The position numbers and the translations under genes were made by a program. A stretch of 64,000 bases of DNA from NCBI GenBank assembly GCA_028818155.1, contig JAPPOH010000008.1, positions 10,376 through 74,375 of the forward strand. Reading direction: 5' to 3'. Below, piece after piece: positions 43,863-52,101 of this stretch. Below the pieces are notes generated by a model. It was not told the origin of the DNA, did no database searches, and saw nothing but the letters and a program-made list of their open reading frames with translations. Each line of letters opens with the position of its first letter. Positions within the stretch are counted from its first letter, which is position 1. This DNA comes from Candidatus Woesearchaeota archaeon. GTDB taxonomy: Archaea > Nanobdellota > Nanobdellia > Woesearchaeales > UBA525.

Positions 43863-44356
43863 CAACACTTCAAGAAGCGCTACAAAAGAAGCACAAAATT
43901 TTGATGCTTGAGCTTCCCACAGAACACTATTTTCACCACAACCTTGCTACGTTGAGGGAACTGACAGCGCCAGGTATTTTTATCAGTACACAGCGTCCAG
44001 CAGCAAACGTCACAACACACTTCAAGAAAGAAAACATACATGACGTGCACATCATAGATACAACTGCAGACCAAGAACATGAGAGTTGTTCGTGTGTCAC
44101 CACAGATGTCGATGCGATTGTGGGTGCCATCAATGCACAATTAAATGATGAAACCAAATTTATTTTTATCGATTCACTATCAACAATAACACTATACAAG
44201 CCACTCTCAGAAATACTACGATTATCCGAGTTTCTTATCACAACAGCAAACACATCAAACGCCACAGTCCTTTTTGGTATTGCAAAAGATCTCAAGCATA
44301 AGAAATTCATCGAAGATATTGCGCTCCAAGTAGACAGCATAGTGAATGTCCAATGA
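43859..44356 (+). CDS. P-loop-less KaiC-derived (DUF835-like) protein, paralog 1 (165 aa)
   Basis: ILMLELPTEHYF replaces the Walker A motif. It retains FIFIDSLSTITLY followed by ..NATVLFGIAKD... ATGA overlap with the KaiC stop. Confidence 0.55.
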   Translation: MTTLQEALQKKHKILMLELPTEHYFHHNLATLRELTAPGIFISTQRPAANVTTHFKKENIHDVHIIDTTADQEHESCSCVTTDVDAIVGAINAQLNDETKFIFIDSLSTITLYKPLSEILRLSEFLITTANTSNATVLFGIAKDLKHKKFIEDIALQVDSIVNVQ

Positions 44357-44865
44357 TGCAACTCCCTATACGTGAGAATACTATACTCTTTCTTGAGACT
44401 CGTCCTGCGAAAGCAAATAACGCAACGCTTGAGATCGTGAAAGAAATGGCATCACATGCCCATGTCGTTGTTCTCTCTGTGAATAGGCCATACGAAAACC
44501 TCATGCAGACATATCAAGAGAACGGAGTAAATACGGAAAACGTGTTCGTTATAGATTGCATTTCAGCAAGCCAAGGCGCAGCAGCAACTGGAAAGAACGT
44601 GGTTTTTATCGAAGACGCAAATGAGCTAACGGAGATCGCAATAGCAATTGATGAGCATATGGAATCGTTCGTTTGTATTGATTCTATCACAACAATGCTC
44701 CTCTACAACAAACCTGACGTCTTCACAAGGTTTTTGCATAGTGTCTTGACAAAAATGCGCATCAATCACATAGGAGGTGTCTTCACGTCCTTGGTTGATG
44801 AGGGGAGCAAGGAAATACGTGCAGAAATCGCACAACTGTGCGATGAGGTGTTCACGTATGAATAA
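44353..44865 (+). CDS. P-loop-less KaiC-derived (DUF835-like) protein, paralog 2 (170 aa)
   Basis: ILFLETRPAKANNATLEIV replaces the Walker A motif. It retains FVCIDSITTMLLY followed by ..GGVFTSLVDEG... ATGA overlap with the preceding gene. Confidence 0.55.
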   Translation: MMQLPIRENTILFLETRPAKANNATLEIVKEMASHAHVVVLSVNRPYENLMQTYQENGVNTENVFVIDCISASQGAAATGKNVVFIEDANELTEIAIAIDEHMESFVCIDSITTMLLYNKPDVFTRFLHSVLTKMRINHIGGVFTSLVDEGSKEIRAEIAQLCDEVFTYE

Positions 44866-45484
44866 TCTTGTCATGATCCCAATTGCTGTTCTTGTTCTCT
44901 CGGGCTTGGGCCTGCAACTCAATGATATTGCACAAAAGGCATCAGGAAAGACAATTTCATTCGCTGACAATGCAGGCGAAGCAGTGGATTGCGCACTTCT
45001 TGGCATCGCTATTGAGGAATGTTCCCCAGACCTCCTCGAAGTAGCGTTCGAAGATGATTTACGGGAGTTTGAAGAATTCAACAGGGATTTTGCTGAGAAT
45101 CTTTCTGACAGCCAATCAAAGATACATCTTATTTTGGAAAAGGGAGAATCGTTCAAGGCAAGTCATAACAAAGAGTTTGTTATTCGCATTGATGATATCG
45201 ATGTGGATAATGAAATGATTGAGCTCATCGTTGTTGATCTTTCTGACGTTACGTCAGTCATGAGGATTCCATTCGGCTTTGGTGAAGAATTGAAGCTTGA
45301 TGTGAGTGATGATGGATTCTCAGACATCATATTACACATCTCTGCGCTCGATACGACTTCAGTTGATCTTTCAGTTGAGATCATTCACGGGGAAGTGACC
45401 CCATTAGATATTTCTGTCTTGCTACTCTTACTAACAACAGGCGTGCTCTTCTACGTTTTTTACACAGAAAAGGACGGTGACTGA
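44858..45484 (+). CDS. acidic exported protein with N-terminal signal/anchor and C-terminal TM helix (208 aa)
   Basis: MNNLVMIPIAVLVLSGLGL start and C-terminal ISVLLLLLTTGVLFYVF. 8-nt overlap with the preceding gene. The track start 44777 is in-frame read-through of the upstream gene region. Confidence 0.55.
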   Translation: MNNLVMIPIAVLVLSGLGLQLNDIAQKASGKTISFADNAGEAVDCALLGIAIEECSPDLLEVAFEDDLREFEEFNRDFAENLSDSQSKIHLILEKGESFKASHNKEFVIRIDDIDVDNEMIELIVVDLSDVTSVMRIPFGFGEELKLDVSDDGFSDIILHISALDTTSVDLSVEIIHGEVTPLDISVLLLLLTTGVLFYVFYTEKDGD

Positions 45485-48010
45485 ATGCGATTCCTGATCG
45501 CTCTTCTCTTCCTTCCTTCACTTGTTGCAGCTGCACCAGCGCTCTCTGTTGAGAAAATATCATATGAGTATGGCGAGCAAGTGCACGCAATTGCATGTGG
45601 TGATGATCCATCCCTTGCAGTAAGTTGCCTAAACGGCAAAATTCTTGAGGAGCAATGGTCTAGTGCATGCACAATATTTTTGTTTGATTCGTACGATCTT
45701 ACATGTCAAAAACCTATGCTTCGAGCATATGATGAGACGGGAGCAACAGAACAAACACTCGTGATTCGTCAGGACAAGAAAATTGTTGAACACGCAGTAA
45801 AAGAGAACACAACAGACCCGTACGAGATCGCAGTGCAGATCTATGCGTTTTCTCTTCTTGAAGATGAAGGGGAGATAGAGAAGTTACTTGATGTACTTAA
45901 AGAGCAGAGAGATGATGACGAAAAGTGTTGGCCGAGCGATGCATGCAGTATTGCAACAACAATCGACATTGCATATTTACTACACTTCGCAGAGATAAAC
46001 AGATCAAAGCGTGTGTATGATGATGCACTCTTGTGGATAGAGTCACATCAGAATCGCGTGATCGAGGATGCATGGTATGCTGAAATCAGAGCAGATGAAA
46101 CAACAGCATGTGTGCTGAATATTGACGGAGGCACAACATCATTTGCGCTTGACGACACAGAACTCAACACTGTGGATGTAACATACACGACCGACGCGTA
46201 CTTGAACTTGAGCTGTGATGACAGCTTCTGTATCGAAGTGTTCGATAGCTTTGATCGAGCCGTATTTGAAGATTGCGGCGATCAAAACTCAAACTCATCG
46301 TTTAAAATGTATGGGCCATGCTGGTCTTCTTCAAAGTGGTCCGAATGTGATCCACGACTCACAGCAAAAGCACTACTACTTGATGGGCTTTCCACTGAGG
46401 CGTACGATGAAGGCCGTACATGGATCAACGAGCACATCGTCACTGCAGGTACAGGTGGAAGTCATATCGAGCAGAGCCAGAACGTTCTCACGAACACATA
46501 CATATACAATGTGACACAGGATGCTGATATTCTCAAGTGGGTGCTTCACGCACAGAATAACGATGGCAGTTTCGGCGAAACGAGTGAAATGATCCTTTCT
46601 ACACTTGAAGCAACACGGATACTCACGTCACTCAAGGAAGAAGAATGGATTAGCGATGCTATTGAATGGCTTTCTCTCATCCGACCATCCACTGGCTGGA
46701 ACGATCTCCTACACGACACGTTGCAGTTCAACGTATTCATAACTGAGCATCCATTTCTCCGAACGAAACCACAGCTCATAGGAGATGGCCAATTCTCACT
46801 CCTGAGCTCAAAACCTTATGGCGTGCAGTACAACCTGTCGCAATCACTACAAGACATTATCACAGTCGATGCGCCAGCACTCGTCAATAACTCAAAGGGG
46901 AAAGTTCGGCTCATCACAACAAACGATGGCGTCTACACAGGGTATATCATAGCATACAACGAATCGTTCATGCAACACCTCCCTGTCCGTATAGAGCGCA
47001 CGCCAACATTCGCGCTTGACTTCAAAGAAACCCATTACCTCTTTGAGAATCCAGGCCAACTCTCAGTGCCAATACAAAAATCATCATCACTGCTTGATTG
47101 TGCATTCTGGTTCGACGAATTTTTTATGAATAACTCACATGAAATACTCGATGCTGCCTCCATTCGTTTCAAGTACGAACTTCCAAATGACGCAGAAGAG
47201 ACGATCCATGGAGGATATACATGTGCATCTCCACTTGGTGTACTTGAGGATACATTCTCGTTCAATGTGAAAACATTCTCCAACCCTCCATTTTCGCACG
47301 AAATCGACACAACAAGCATTAACGAGACACCGGCAAAACTAACAATCAAGAACGAACTCAATGAGCCAATTCCAGTGCGTCTTTCATGGTTGAAGGACGC
47401 GTCAGTGTACCCTGTTGCTCCACAATACACTGTAAAAGATACTGCAGTTATATATCTTTATCAGCAAGAACCCTCTGTCTTGAATATCACTGAAAGAAAT
47501 ACTCTCAGAATTGAGGCGTTCGGGTATACAGAAAAAATCCCTCTACTCATCACACTTGACGATACACCACATGAATTGCCGAAACCTAAAATATGGCTGA
47601 AGGTCTTACTCAGCATACTCGGCATTGTTGTTCTTGGCGCAATGTGCACTATACTCGTTAAACAGTATCGTTTGAAAAAAGAAGAGGAGCGTGTAAAGAA
47701 AGAACAAGAACAGCAGGAGAAGGAGCAGAAGAAACGGAAAAAGCGCAGAAAACCTCCGAAGCCGAAAAAGCCGAAATCACTTGTTGAAGTCGCTATCGCG
47801 ATCCAGCGATCCATGGGGAAAAAGGATGAACAAATTCTCAAGGATCTCCTCGAGAAAGGGTATAAGAAATCAGAAGTGACGCCCGCGATGAAGGGCCTCG
47901 TGAAAGATACGAAGCGGGTTGAGAAGGAACGAAAAGAGGAGAAAGCAGCTGAAGAGGAGAAAAAGGCAGCTGAAGAGGAAAAACATTCTGAAGAAGAGAA
48001 AAAAGATTAG
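45485..48010 (+). CDS. large exported protein with alpha/alpha-toroid-like repeats, a C-terminal TM helix and a Lys/Glu-rich cytoplasmic tail (841 aa)
   Basis: Signal peptide MRFLIALLFLPSLVAAA. Contains KWVLHAQNNDGSFGE and AIEWLSLIRPSTGWND (prenyltransferase/TED-like repeats). TM helix LLSILGIVVLGAMCTILV. The ATG abuts the upstream TGA. Confidence 0.7.
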   Translation: MRFLIALLFLPSLVAAAPALSVEKISYEYGEQVHAIACGDDPSLAVSCLNGKILEEQWSSACTIFLFDSYDLTCQKPMLRAYDETGATEQTLVIRQDKKIVEHAVKENTTDPYEIAVQIYAFSLLEDEGEIEKLLDVLKEQRDDDEKCWPSDACSIATTIDIAYLLHFAEINRSKRVYDDALLWIESHQNRVIEDAWYAEIRADETTACVLNIDGGTTSFALDDTELNTVDVTYTTDAYLNLSCDDSFCIEVFDSFDRAVFEDCGDQNSNSSFKMYGPCWSSSKWSECDPRLTAKALLLDGLSTEAYDEGRTWINEHIVTAGTGGSHIEQSQNVLTNTYIYNVTQDADILKWVLHAQNNDGSFGETSEMILSTLEATRILTSLKEEEWISDAIEWLSLIRPSTGWNDLLHDTLQFNVFITEHPFLRTKPQLIGDGQFSLLSSKPYGVQYNLSQSLQDIITVDAPALVNNSKGKVRLITTNDGVYTGYIIAYNESFMQHLPVRIERTPTFALDFKETHYLFENPGQLSVPIQKSSSLLDCAFWFDEFFMNNSHEILDAASIRFKYELPNDAEETIHGGYTCASPLGVLEDTFSFNVKTFSNPPFSHEIDTTSINETPAKLTIKNELNEPIPVRLSWLKDASVYPVAPQYTVKDTAVIYLYQQEPSVLNITERNTLRIEAFGYTEKIPLLITLDDTPHELPKPKIWLKVLLSILGIVVLGAMCTILVKQYRLKKEEERVKKEQEQQEKEQKKRKKRRKPPKPKKPKSLVEVAIAIQRSMGKKDEQILKDLLEKGYKKSEVTPAMKGLVKDTKRVEKERKEEKAAEEEKKAAEEEKHSEEEKKD

Positions 48011-49050
48011 CGTGCATGTTTGCTAAGCAAGCCGACATCACTTAAGCGCACCTTTGCTCGTCCCGCATGCCTGAGTGCAGCTCCAATCACCTGTTCTTGC
48101 TGTACTTCACTTACTGAGAGACCTAGCGGTACCGTTGCAGTGAAACAACGATTCTTCGGTTTGATCGTGCGAGGAATCGAAATGGTCTTGACACTTGCAC
48201 CACTCAAACCAGCATTATGCCGTGTGACGGTGAACTGTAACTGGTACGAAACCCAGTTGTTCTTCGGTGCTTCGACATAGAAAGTTGCAGCATTGATTTT
48301 TCCTCTGTTATAATCGAATTGCTTGTAATCAATGCTCTTTAACCCAAGCGCGTGCCCATTGTGGCTCGTGTACAATAACGTGCTTCCAGGGTCACATGCT
48401 ACGGGTTCCGTTCTCAATGTGCTATGCACAGTTTTTCGTAGATCGAGAAAAACATTTCCTGCAGATGTTGTCCTTGCAATATGTAACTGGTGTGGTTCAA
48501 GACCCTCTGGAATCTCAAACACAAGCACTCCAGTTCGTGTTTCATCTACATAGACTTGCTTGTTAAATTGAAACCTGTCGTCGTACGGTGCTCTGGCGAA
48601 GAGCGAGTGTTCTCCACCTTCGTGGTCAACTAACTTTAATGTTCGCGGATGTGAAAGATATTCTCTATGTTCACCTACGTTCTTCACTTCCAAGTCAACG
48701 ATAACAAATGATCCTTTCGTCGACCGCACCGGCCTGTTTGTGGATCGTGATTTTATCGTATCGACGATTTCAACATCAGTAACTTTGTACTGGAATCGCC
48801 CGAGCAGGACGCCTTGCGTAGCTTCGAATGATGGCGGAGGTGTGTGTACGCGCTTCCGCAGTGTCGAAATAGTGGTTATTTTGCCATCTGCTGGCCGTAC
48901 GATACGGGAGTATGCCGAATTCTCGTATTGATCACGAATGACATTGTCACCAGTGCCTGATGTGTACGTTGTCCTGAGATGTGTTGCTGCACCAAGCGGT
49001 ATAACAAGAAGTACGAAAAGAACTATACTGATGTACTGTGTTGTGTTCAT
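48007..49050 (-). CDS. exported protein with DUF4352-like Ig-fold domain (347 aa)
   Basis: Signal/anchor YISIVLFVLLVIPLGAA, then ..GSFVIVDLEVKNVGEH..LKLVDHEGGEH..TGVLVFEIPEG.., the pattern I associate with DUF4352. Confidence 0.5.
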   Translation of the reverse strand: MNTTQYISIVLFVLLVIPLGAATHLRTTYTSGTGDNVIRDQYENSAYSRIVRPADGKITTISTLRKRVHTPPPSFEATQGVLLGRFQYKVTDVEIVDTIKSRSTNRPVRSTKGSFVIVDLEVKNVGEHREYLSHPRTLKLVDHEGGEHSLFARAPYDDRFQFNKQVYVDETRTGVLVFEIPEGLEPHQLHIARTTSAGNVFLDLRKTVHSTLRTEPVACDPGSTLLYTSHNGHALGLKSIDYKQFDYNRGKINAATFYVEAPKNNWVSYQLQFTVTRHNAGLSGASVKTISIPRTIKPKNRCFTATVPLGLSVSEVQQEQVIGAALRHAGRAKVRLSDVGLLSKHAR

Positions 49051-49118
49051 TGTGACTTACCCCCTCGATACGCTACGGAATGTTGCTCCAATATAAAAGA
49101 GTATTCCTCTGCTTCCGA

Positions 49119-49191
49119 CGGGCCTACGCAGATTCGAACTGCGGTTACGAGGTCCCAAACCTCGTGTGATACCAGGCTACACTATAGGCCC
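49119..49191 (-). tRNA. tRNA-Pro (TGG)
   Basis: Hand fold of the reverse complement: GGGCCTA-TA-GTGT-AGCCTGGTA-TCAC-A-CGAGG-TTTGGGA-CCTCG-TAAC-CGCAG-TTCGAAT-CTGCG-TAGGCCC-G. A TATA-like CTTTAAAAAG lies about 30 nt upstream. Confidence 0.85.
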
Positions 49192-49471
49192 TTGACGCTC
49201 GTGAAACTGAAGATTCTTTTTAAAGCTTCTGAACACCGAGAATATGTGGATCGGTATGCTCATGTGTATCGCTTGCTTTTAAAGGCATATGTACTGGTAT
49301 GATAAAAATTGCAACTATGCCTCTCCTCGAGAGTGAGGCGAAGCGCTACTCCAAGAATACGTTTTCTCGTCGATGACAAAAAATTGTTGTATGTAAATTT
49401 TTTTTTACTACTTTTTTATATCATATGTGGATATAACCCACAGTACATATCAGTGCGAGGGGTGTAACCAT

Positions 49472-50362
49472 ATGAAGCGGAAAATCGTTCAACACGGGCC
49501 AAGTACGTTGACCATATCATTACCAGCAGATTGGGCACGTGAACATAATGTACAGAAAGGAGACGAAATAAGCGTTGAGCGCGTCAACCAAGGGCTTTTA
49601 CTAACATCGGAAAAAGGCGTGCGTCTCAAACAGAAGAAACTGAGTCTCAAAAGCATGAACGCTGCAATGATTGCACAACTTGTGTGCTCGCTTTATAAGC
49701 AAGGGTATGACGAACTGAAAATCATGTATGATGCACCTGAAGAAGCAGATGCTATATACGAACTTGTCCGTAAGGGAAGCTTGAATTTCGAGATCACGGA
49801 AAATACAAAGGACACGATAGAACTCCGCAACCTTATCGAACCGGTGAAAGGAGAATTCAAGACACTTTTTAGAAGAATCTTCTACTTTCTCTTGACCACA
49901 GCAGAGGAAAGCACCGAAGCAATCGAGAACGAAAACACTGAGTTATCGAGAGACATTGTCCGTAGACACGAACATGTGATTCGGATCGCAGCATTCTGCA
50001 CACGACTCATTGCGAAGTACGGCCAAGACGCGTACGAAAGCGACACGCTTGTCTGGCAGGTAATAGAAACGCTTGAGGGTATTAGCGCAGCATACGCTGA
50101 GCTCCATCAACTCATCCTCGATGATGTGGTGACATCTTCGGAAGTGCTCCACAACGCATGTGAACAACTTTCCATCTCATTGAGAGCATATGAGGCACTT
50201 TTCTTCCGATTCTCACTTGAGCGATCGACAGAATTCTTCAATACATACGAAGAATTGCACGCACGGGTTGCAGTATGTGAACCGTATGCGCAACGTATTT
50301 TGATGCAAGTAGCTCAGAAACTTCGCGATCTTTCCGCGATTACGTTCGCATTACAAGCATAA
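49472..50362 (+). CDS. AbrB/SpoVT-PhoU fusion regulator, paralog 2 (296 aa)
   Basis: MKRKIVQHGPSTLTISLPADWAREHNVQKGDEISVERVNQGLLLTSEKGV aligns residue-for-residue with 30540-31442. GAGGGGTG precedes the ATG. Confidence 0.7.
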   Translation: MKRKIVQHGPSTLTISLPADWAREHNVQKGDEISVERVNQGLLLTSEKGVRLKQKKLSLKSMNAAMIAQLVCSLYKQGYDELKIMYDAPEEADAIYELVRKGSLNFEITENTKDTIELRNLIEPVKGEFKTLFRRIFYFLLTTAEESTEAIENENTELSRDIVRRHEHVIRIAAFCTRLIAKYGQDAYESDTLVWQVIETLEGISAAYAELHQLILDDVVTSSEVLHNACEQLSISLRAYEALFFRFSLERSTEFFNTYEELHARVAVCEPYAQRILMQVAQKLRDLSAITFALQA

Positions 50363-50379
50363 AAAAAAAGAAAAGGTCG

Positions 50380-50574
50380 TTAACCACAAGGCCGAACGTC
50401 TTCAGGGCAGAACATTGCTGTTGTTCCTGAAGCGTCAACAGGACCTGCGACACCAGCAGCAACAAACGCAGGTGCAGAGACCGCTGTGCTCGTGCTTGCC
50501 ATGACAACTGCACCTGTACCAATAAGAGCTACAACTGCAAGTGCTAAGCAACCGATTGCTAAGAGTTTATTCAT
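50380..50574 (-). CDS. small exported Cys-containing peptide (64 aa)
   Basis: GGGGGGTGA lies upstream of the ATG. Hydrophobic N-terminus MNKLLAIGCLALAVVALIG and C-terminal FCPEDVRPCG. Confidence 0.45.
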   Translation of the reverse strand: MNKLLAIGCLALAVVALIGTGAVVMASTSTAVSAPAFVAAGVAGPVDASGTTAMFCPEDVRPCG

Positions 50575-50729
50575 AGTATTTCACCCCCCTAAGTTATAGA
50601 ATACTGTTGTTTTCTCTTAAGAAAAATTAGACGCCGATTTGGGTGTCACCAATTCAAAAATGCACGCATCCAAAAGTGATCACTCATGTTTATATACAAG
50701 GACTTTTTCACTCAAAACAGGGGTGTAAC

Positions 50730-51056
50730 ATGGGGTCGATTCTTCGATCTAAGCGATGCGAGAAAAGAAATAAGATAGTTGTTGAATTATTGTTAGACAA
50801 AGACGAATTTCGCCAGTTAAAAGGTGAAATGGACGATGTATACGTTTTTTCTGAGCGAGTAGCGCGCGTTCCCAGCAGGGTGTCGATGCGCGGCAGGAAT
50901 CATCGTACAAAGTATTTCTTGATTCCGAGACAGCTGCGAAGAAAACTCGCAGCAAGAGGTGGTGTGAGTTGCCAGCGTATTGACTGCGATGGGAAATCGA
51001 TGTTTGTGTATGTCCTTGACCCTTTTAGCGATCACGATTTTGCACAGGAAAAATAA
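50730..51056 (+). CDS. hypothetical basic protein (108 aa)
   Basis: AGGGGTG precedes ATG 50730 and a TATA-like GTTTATATAC lies about 35 nt upstream. The track start 50643 lies upstream of that box. Confidence 0.4.
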   Translation: MGSILRSKRCEKRNKIVVELLLDKDEFRQLKGEMDDVYVFSERVARVPSRVSMRGRNHRTKYFLIPRQLRRKLAARGGVSCQRIDCDGKSMFVYVLDPFSDHDFAQEK

Positions 51057-52005
51057 GAATAGCATCAGTCGAAGTTTCCTCTTGAAAGGCACGAGCACCT
51101 ACTGATGACAGCATTTTGTCAACTTTCGTAAGAAGGTTCCTATTGACACCTCCCCTGATTTTAATTTCGTACACATCTTCGAATCCCAAAGGTTCTCCAG
51201 AATTTGTAGTGGCAATGCGGTGTTCATATTTCCAACCAGCAACTTCCCTGCCTTCGAGATCGCCAAGCAAATTGAAAGTACTATCGAGGATAACTCTTCT
51301 TTCGTATAAACTGTAGTTTCTTGGTCTCACGCTAACTCTTCCTTTAATGCCAACAACAGTTGCGAGATACGATTCAAGATTGATATCTTCAGGGGAGTCA
51401 TGTATTTTTTCAACAGAGAGCAGTTGGTACCCGCCATATCGAGATACGTCACTCACCATCGCATGTACTCGAACCATTGTTGCTCCCACAAGAAGCTCTT
51501 GTGAAGATACTTTTTCATAGCCTGGAAAGAATTCGGGTACGGCAGAGCCTGTGGGGTCTCCCAAAATATCTTGTGCTTCTGGACTGGCATATCGTATCGT
51601 GTTTTTAGGATCATGTATGATGTAGGGTCCGGTTGTCTCAAAAGGTCGTTTTACATAGTCATTTTTCCCATCCCCTACGGTCAACTTATATATGAAAGGA
51701 CCAGTTTCAGCGCCAAAAATTCCAATAAACCCACGTCTGAGTGTTTCTTCAAGGGGTATCTGATCTGCAGAAACACCAAGTTCGTGCTCAAGAATATAGG
51801 AGAGTGCTTGTTCATTTTCTATGGGTGTAACTTCTCTACGTCTCCTATGCAAGGCAAGATTTCCTCGCTGGGTTCCATGCCTTGTATGCCCAGAAACTCC
51901 ACCACTAGCTCTTTCTTCAAGAGTTGCAAGAATGTCTGCTCCGTTACCTTCTTCAGTCATGAGCGCAGCTATCTCCTTGACTCTTTGTCCACCATCGAGT
52001 GCCAT
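51025..52005 (-). CDS. hypothetical protein (326 aa), no domain recognised
   Basis: ATG ORF with a TATA-like CATATAAAAG about 30 nt upstream. Divergent from the kinase-like gene. Confidence 0.5.
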   Translation of the reverse strand: MALDGGQRVKEIAALMTEEGNGADILATLEERASGGVSGHTRHGTQRGNLALHRRRREVTPIENEQALSYILEHELGVSADQIPLEETLRRGFIGIFGAETGPFIYKLTVGDGKNDYVKRPFETTGPYIIHDPKNTIRYASPEAQDILGDPTGSAVPEFFPGYEKVSSQELLVGATMVRVHAMVSDVSRYGGYQLLSVEKIHDSPEDINLESYLATVVGIKGRVSVRPRNYSLYERRVILDSTFNLLGDLEGREVAGWKYEHRIATTNSGEPLGFEDVYEIKIRGGVNRNLLTKVDKMLSSVGARAFQEETSTDAILIFPVQNRDR

Positions 52006-52101
52006 TAATCACTTCTAAGTGGTCTGTCTTTTATATGTCTTGCTCCATAAATGAAAACTTTTTAAACATACTTTCAGTCTCTATTACAGAGTAGAAATAC
52101 A

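Noticed and set aside
30540-50362. The motility/KaiC region as a mobile genomic island integrated at tRNA-Pro (49119-49191).
   Set aside because: I saw no integrase, recombinase or transposase gene, and no direct repeat of the tRNA 3' end. The flanking similarity comes from two paralogous regulator genes, not from att-like repeats.
50380-50574. The small exported peptide as a type IV pilin for the pilin-less ATPase locus.
   Set aside because: The N-terminus MNKLLAIGCLAL lacks the charged-residue then Gly/Ala cleavage context seen in the four archaellins. It looks like an ordinary signal peptide or anchor.
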